A stretch of 63,002 nucleotides of DNA, filler included, from Circinaria calcarea (taxonomy: Eukaryota): the NCBI GenBank assembly GCA_051942165.1. It is 40 parts of 40 records of this genome, joined end to end, with 100 filler letters (N's around TTAATTAATTAA, not from the genome) between each part and the next. Parts side by side here need not be neighbours in the genome. Positions count along the whole stretch, not along the records: positions 59,976 to 61,439 come from JAVECS010004679.1; positions 61,540 to 63,002 come from JAVECS010004680.1; 38 more parts are not named here. One strand, written 5' to 3'. The notes under the pieces are model-generated. The model saw only the letters and a program-made list of their open reading frames with translations. It had not been told where the DNA came from and made no database searches. Below, piece by piece: positions 60,431-63,002 of this stretch. Made by a program: the position numbers and the translations under genes. Each line of letters begins with the position of its first letter. The first letter of the stretch is position 1.

Positions 60431-61206
60431 CTTGTCCACTTCTTTGAGATTCAAGTAAGGAGTAGATAGGAGTACGATCTGCTAGTATCGGAGAGGGTTC
60501 TCAAGCTGTGAAAATAACAAGATCTTAGGCACAATGACTGTTAACAGGAATATCTAAAATGCGTTTAAGACAATTTCCTGTCAGCAGTTTTTCCCAGGCA
60601 CGCCATTTTCTTTTTACCGCTGCAATAGATTTTCCGAGCGGCTCTCGGCCGGACTTACGGGACTACCAAAAATATAAACATACAAATACATACTCGTGCT
60701 CATATCTACGCTCTAGTGAGTGGAGACTTAGTTAGCCTTCACCATAACTCTGTGCTTGTACCCAACACGGCCCAACCCACTCGAGAAGCATAAGTTGAAC
60801 TGCAAGGGCGTGGACATTAGATTGTGGGCCTTAACACACCTTGATTCCAGGTACGTCGCCGCTTCCCTTTCTATTACTAGCCTTTTTCTAATACCCTATT
60901 TGGCCGTCACCGAATTTCCTTCTATCGCCGCGTTCCCCTTAACTACCGCTGCTCCTTCTTCAACCATATACCCGTTAATAACAGAGGAAAGCGAAGCGAC
61001 CTTACGAGCCATGCTGGATCCCGAATCTTTATATCAACCACGAGGCACGTGTACGGCGAAAAGAGTAATAAATTAAAAAGAATTATTATATAAAAACGGA
61101 ACTAAAATATTTTTAATAATATCCGGGTCGTATAATAATTATTTATTATTAATAAAAAATTAATAAATAATAAATTCGGGGGACCGGGATTAAATATCTA
61201 CTATAA

Positions 61207-61439
61207 TGTAAGGGCGCTGCAATCCTTGGAGGCTATTGAGGAATATGATAGGCTCCGATTGGTGGTAGCACGGTTACATAGAACGTAGTCAAACTACTGT
61301 TCTAGGCTCAATACAAGAAGTATGTATTGAACTCGTTATGGGTCTATAAGCATGCTATTCTAAAGAGCGAAGAACAGCCTGCCTATATACTATGGTTGCT
61401 TCCCATGCTCCCTATGCTCCTGTCCCGCCCATGGTGAGC
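61207..61439 (-). mobile_element. LTR family A, partial (contig end)
   Basis: TGTAAGGGCGCTGCAATCCTTGG... conserved half. Confidence 0.9.
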
Positions 61440-61539
61440 NNNNNNNNNNNNNNNNNNNNNNNNNNNNNNNNNNNNNNNNNNNNTTAATTAATTAANNNNN
61501 NNNNNNNNNNNNNNNNNNNNNNNNNNNNNNNNNNNNNNN

Positions 61540-61947
61540 TGAGTGGGTAGTGCGATCATGATCGTCCGGGGCCTTGTCTTGCTCGTCATGGTCCCAGAGA
61601 CTTTCAACCTCCTCGGAGCGATTGGACTTGCGCGACTTGCGCTCCTTGTCGAGGAGGTCATGCACAAAGCAGGCTGTTTCGCACCGATTGACGACCCGTG
61701 GCTTCGCCGGTGGTTTAGGGCCGTCTGCGTGGTTCAAGGACGACTTGCGCCTGTGGGGGTTCTCTGCATCGAATATCACCTACTCGGACACCTCAACTTG
61801 CGTCCGTTGACAATCAGGAGGACGTCCGGACCTCAAGGGCATGCTGATGCTCTGATTCGCTTGCGCTCGAATTCCCGCGTGCTTCCTGGCATTGTTAGCT
61901 ACAGGGGACAGTTTCTCGATGCTTTCGAGTGCCTAGCCCACCTCATC
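61540..61947 (-). CDS. Probable NAD+ kinase (Utr1-like), 5' part with introns
   Basis: ETACFVHDLL and ...THS at the contig edge resemble the N-terminal region of filamentous-fungal NAD kinases. The start and intron positions are uncertain. Confidence 0.5.
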
Positions 61948-63002
61948 TGGAGTATCAGACCGAGTGAGTGTGGGTAGCTCGGATTGTGGCGTGGTAATCT
62001 TAGGCATGCTAGAAGTCCTAGACTGCAGCGGTGAGATGTGCGGCAAGATCTAGAATAGACAAGGTAGAGAAGGTGTGTAGGTAAATCTACCACCCAAAAA
62101 AAATCTCTCTACTACGTGAATGTTGTCAGACTGAATTTGGTTGTCGCGACAATCGACGGCGCTTGCCGATTGTATTCTATGACGTTGACTTTCTGTTGGA
62201 GCCGCATTTGGGCCTTACCCCTCCTATAGAATACGGGAGTACTCCGTATAGTTCGACTATCTTAAATGCACCGTAGGTTCATGTCATGCAGACGACCCTC
62301 TCGATTAGCCATTCGATTCCTGCCTCGCTTTCTGCCGCAAAGGATCCCCATCCAGTATGTCTGAAGGCTGTTGTCCTACTCGACACTTATATCATGGCGC
62401 ATAGCTGTGTCTCGTCGAAAATGGTGACACGACATGCATACTCTCAACTTGCAGAGTCTAGAATAGGTACCCTCTACTTAAGTTTCCCTGGGGGTTCCCC
62501 ACGCATAATCCAAGCCTCGCCAATGGTTCGGATCCGAGCCATCATCACTGTTTTAGAAAGAGTGGTCGGCATCTGGCAAATCAGCATGGCGTTTAGCCGT
62601 AGCAGCGGTACGTGGAAAGGAGAGTGGCTGTCACTGGCTGTTAATGTACCTAGATTTCAAGGGAGGCGCGCTTCCCGTCGGCTGTAATGCTCACAGTCCA
62701 TGGGCGTCCATGGGCGTCCATGAGTCGGAGAATTATGAACCATGAAAAAGAGCAGACCTGTTCGCCATCCTGCATGATCCATACCGTCGTGTGTCAGCCA
62801 TGGTGTGATGCGGCTGTATGGTGTGAGGGGATTGCAAGAGGGAGGGGGTGGGAGATGGTGAGAAAAGGGTGGTGTGAGACTAGGAAGGTCTCCTACGATG
62901 CAATCAACCATATTCATGCTGGGCCCCAGATCGCGACATATCAACTGAGGCATACGAGAGGCGGCTTATCGTCCTTGGCGACTCTGACTTTCGGATGATA
63001 CA

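Noticed and set aside
1493..61539. Regularly spaced TTAATTAATTAA repeats as a CRISPR-like or biological array
   Set aside because: They are embedded in N runs and separate length-sorted contigs; this is an assembly linker.
1..63002. Gene neighbourhood or cluster across the window (e.g. NACHT plus HET, or oxygenase plus transporter)
   Set aside because: The genes lie on different contigs concatenated by size, so their order carries no information.

Overview
This window is not one locus. It is 40 unrelated short contigs (1492 bp down to 1463 bp, in decreasing length order) joined by 39 artificial 100-bp spacers (N44-TTAATTAATTAA-N44), so adjacency across a spacer means nothing biologically. 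Short GT-AG introns with CTRAC-type branch points, the gene families present and RIP-like C>T/G>A erosion of repeats indicate a filamentous ascomycete (Pezizomycotina) nuclear genome. Recognisable, mostly partial genes are MED18, an Mtr-type amino acid permease, a 2OG-Fe(II) oxygenase, a NACHT NLR-like gene, PIS1, MIM2 and COX9 (head to head), a HET-domain gene, an ABCA transporter, a SUR2-like hydroxylase, TRM7, COQ5, END3, an aldo-keto reductase, DUF4202, CCC1, two PTH11-like GPCRs, an MFS transporter, an MBA1/Tim44-like gene, a Zn-ADH, SAM synthetase, an NAD kinase and an intron-containing tRNA-Ser(CGA). Several of these (COX9, SAM synthetase, SUR2-like, ABCA) are absent or nearly absent from the ORF track. 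The richest unannotated signal is the mobilome: two solo-LTR families (one with a swappable repeat-rich half), nested insertions, a filled/empty-site pair inside a RIP-mutated tandem duplication, a Mutator-like deletion derivative with an in-frame fused ORF, a MITE nested in a related MITE, and Tc1/impala, pogo and possible piggyBac relics. A GC-AG intron in SAM synthetase is the most interesting gene-regulatory lead. All protein assignments come from motif recognition by eye; no database searches were run.
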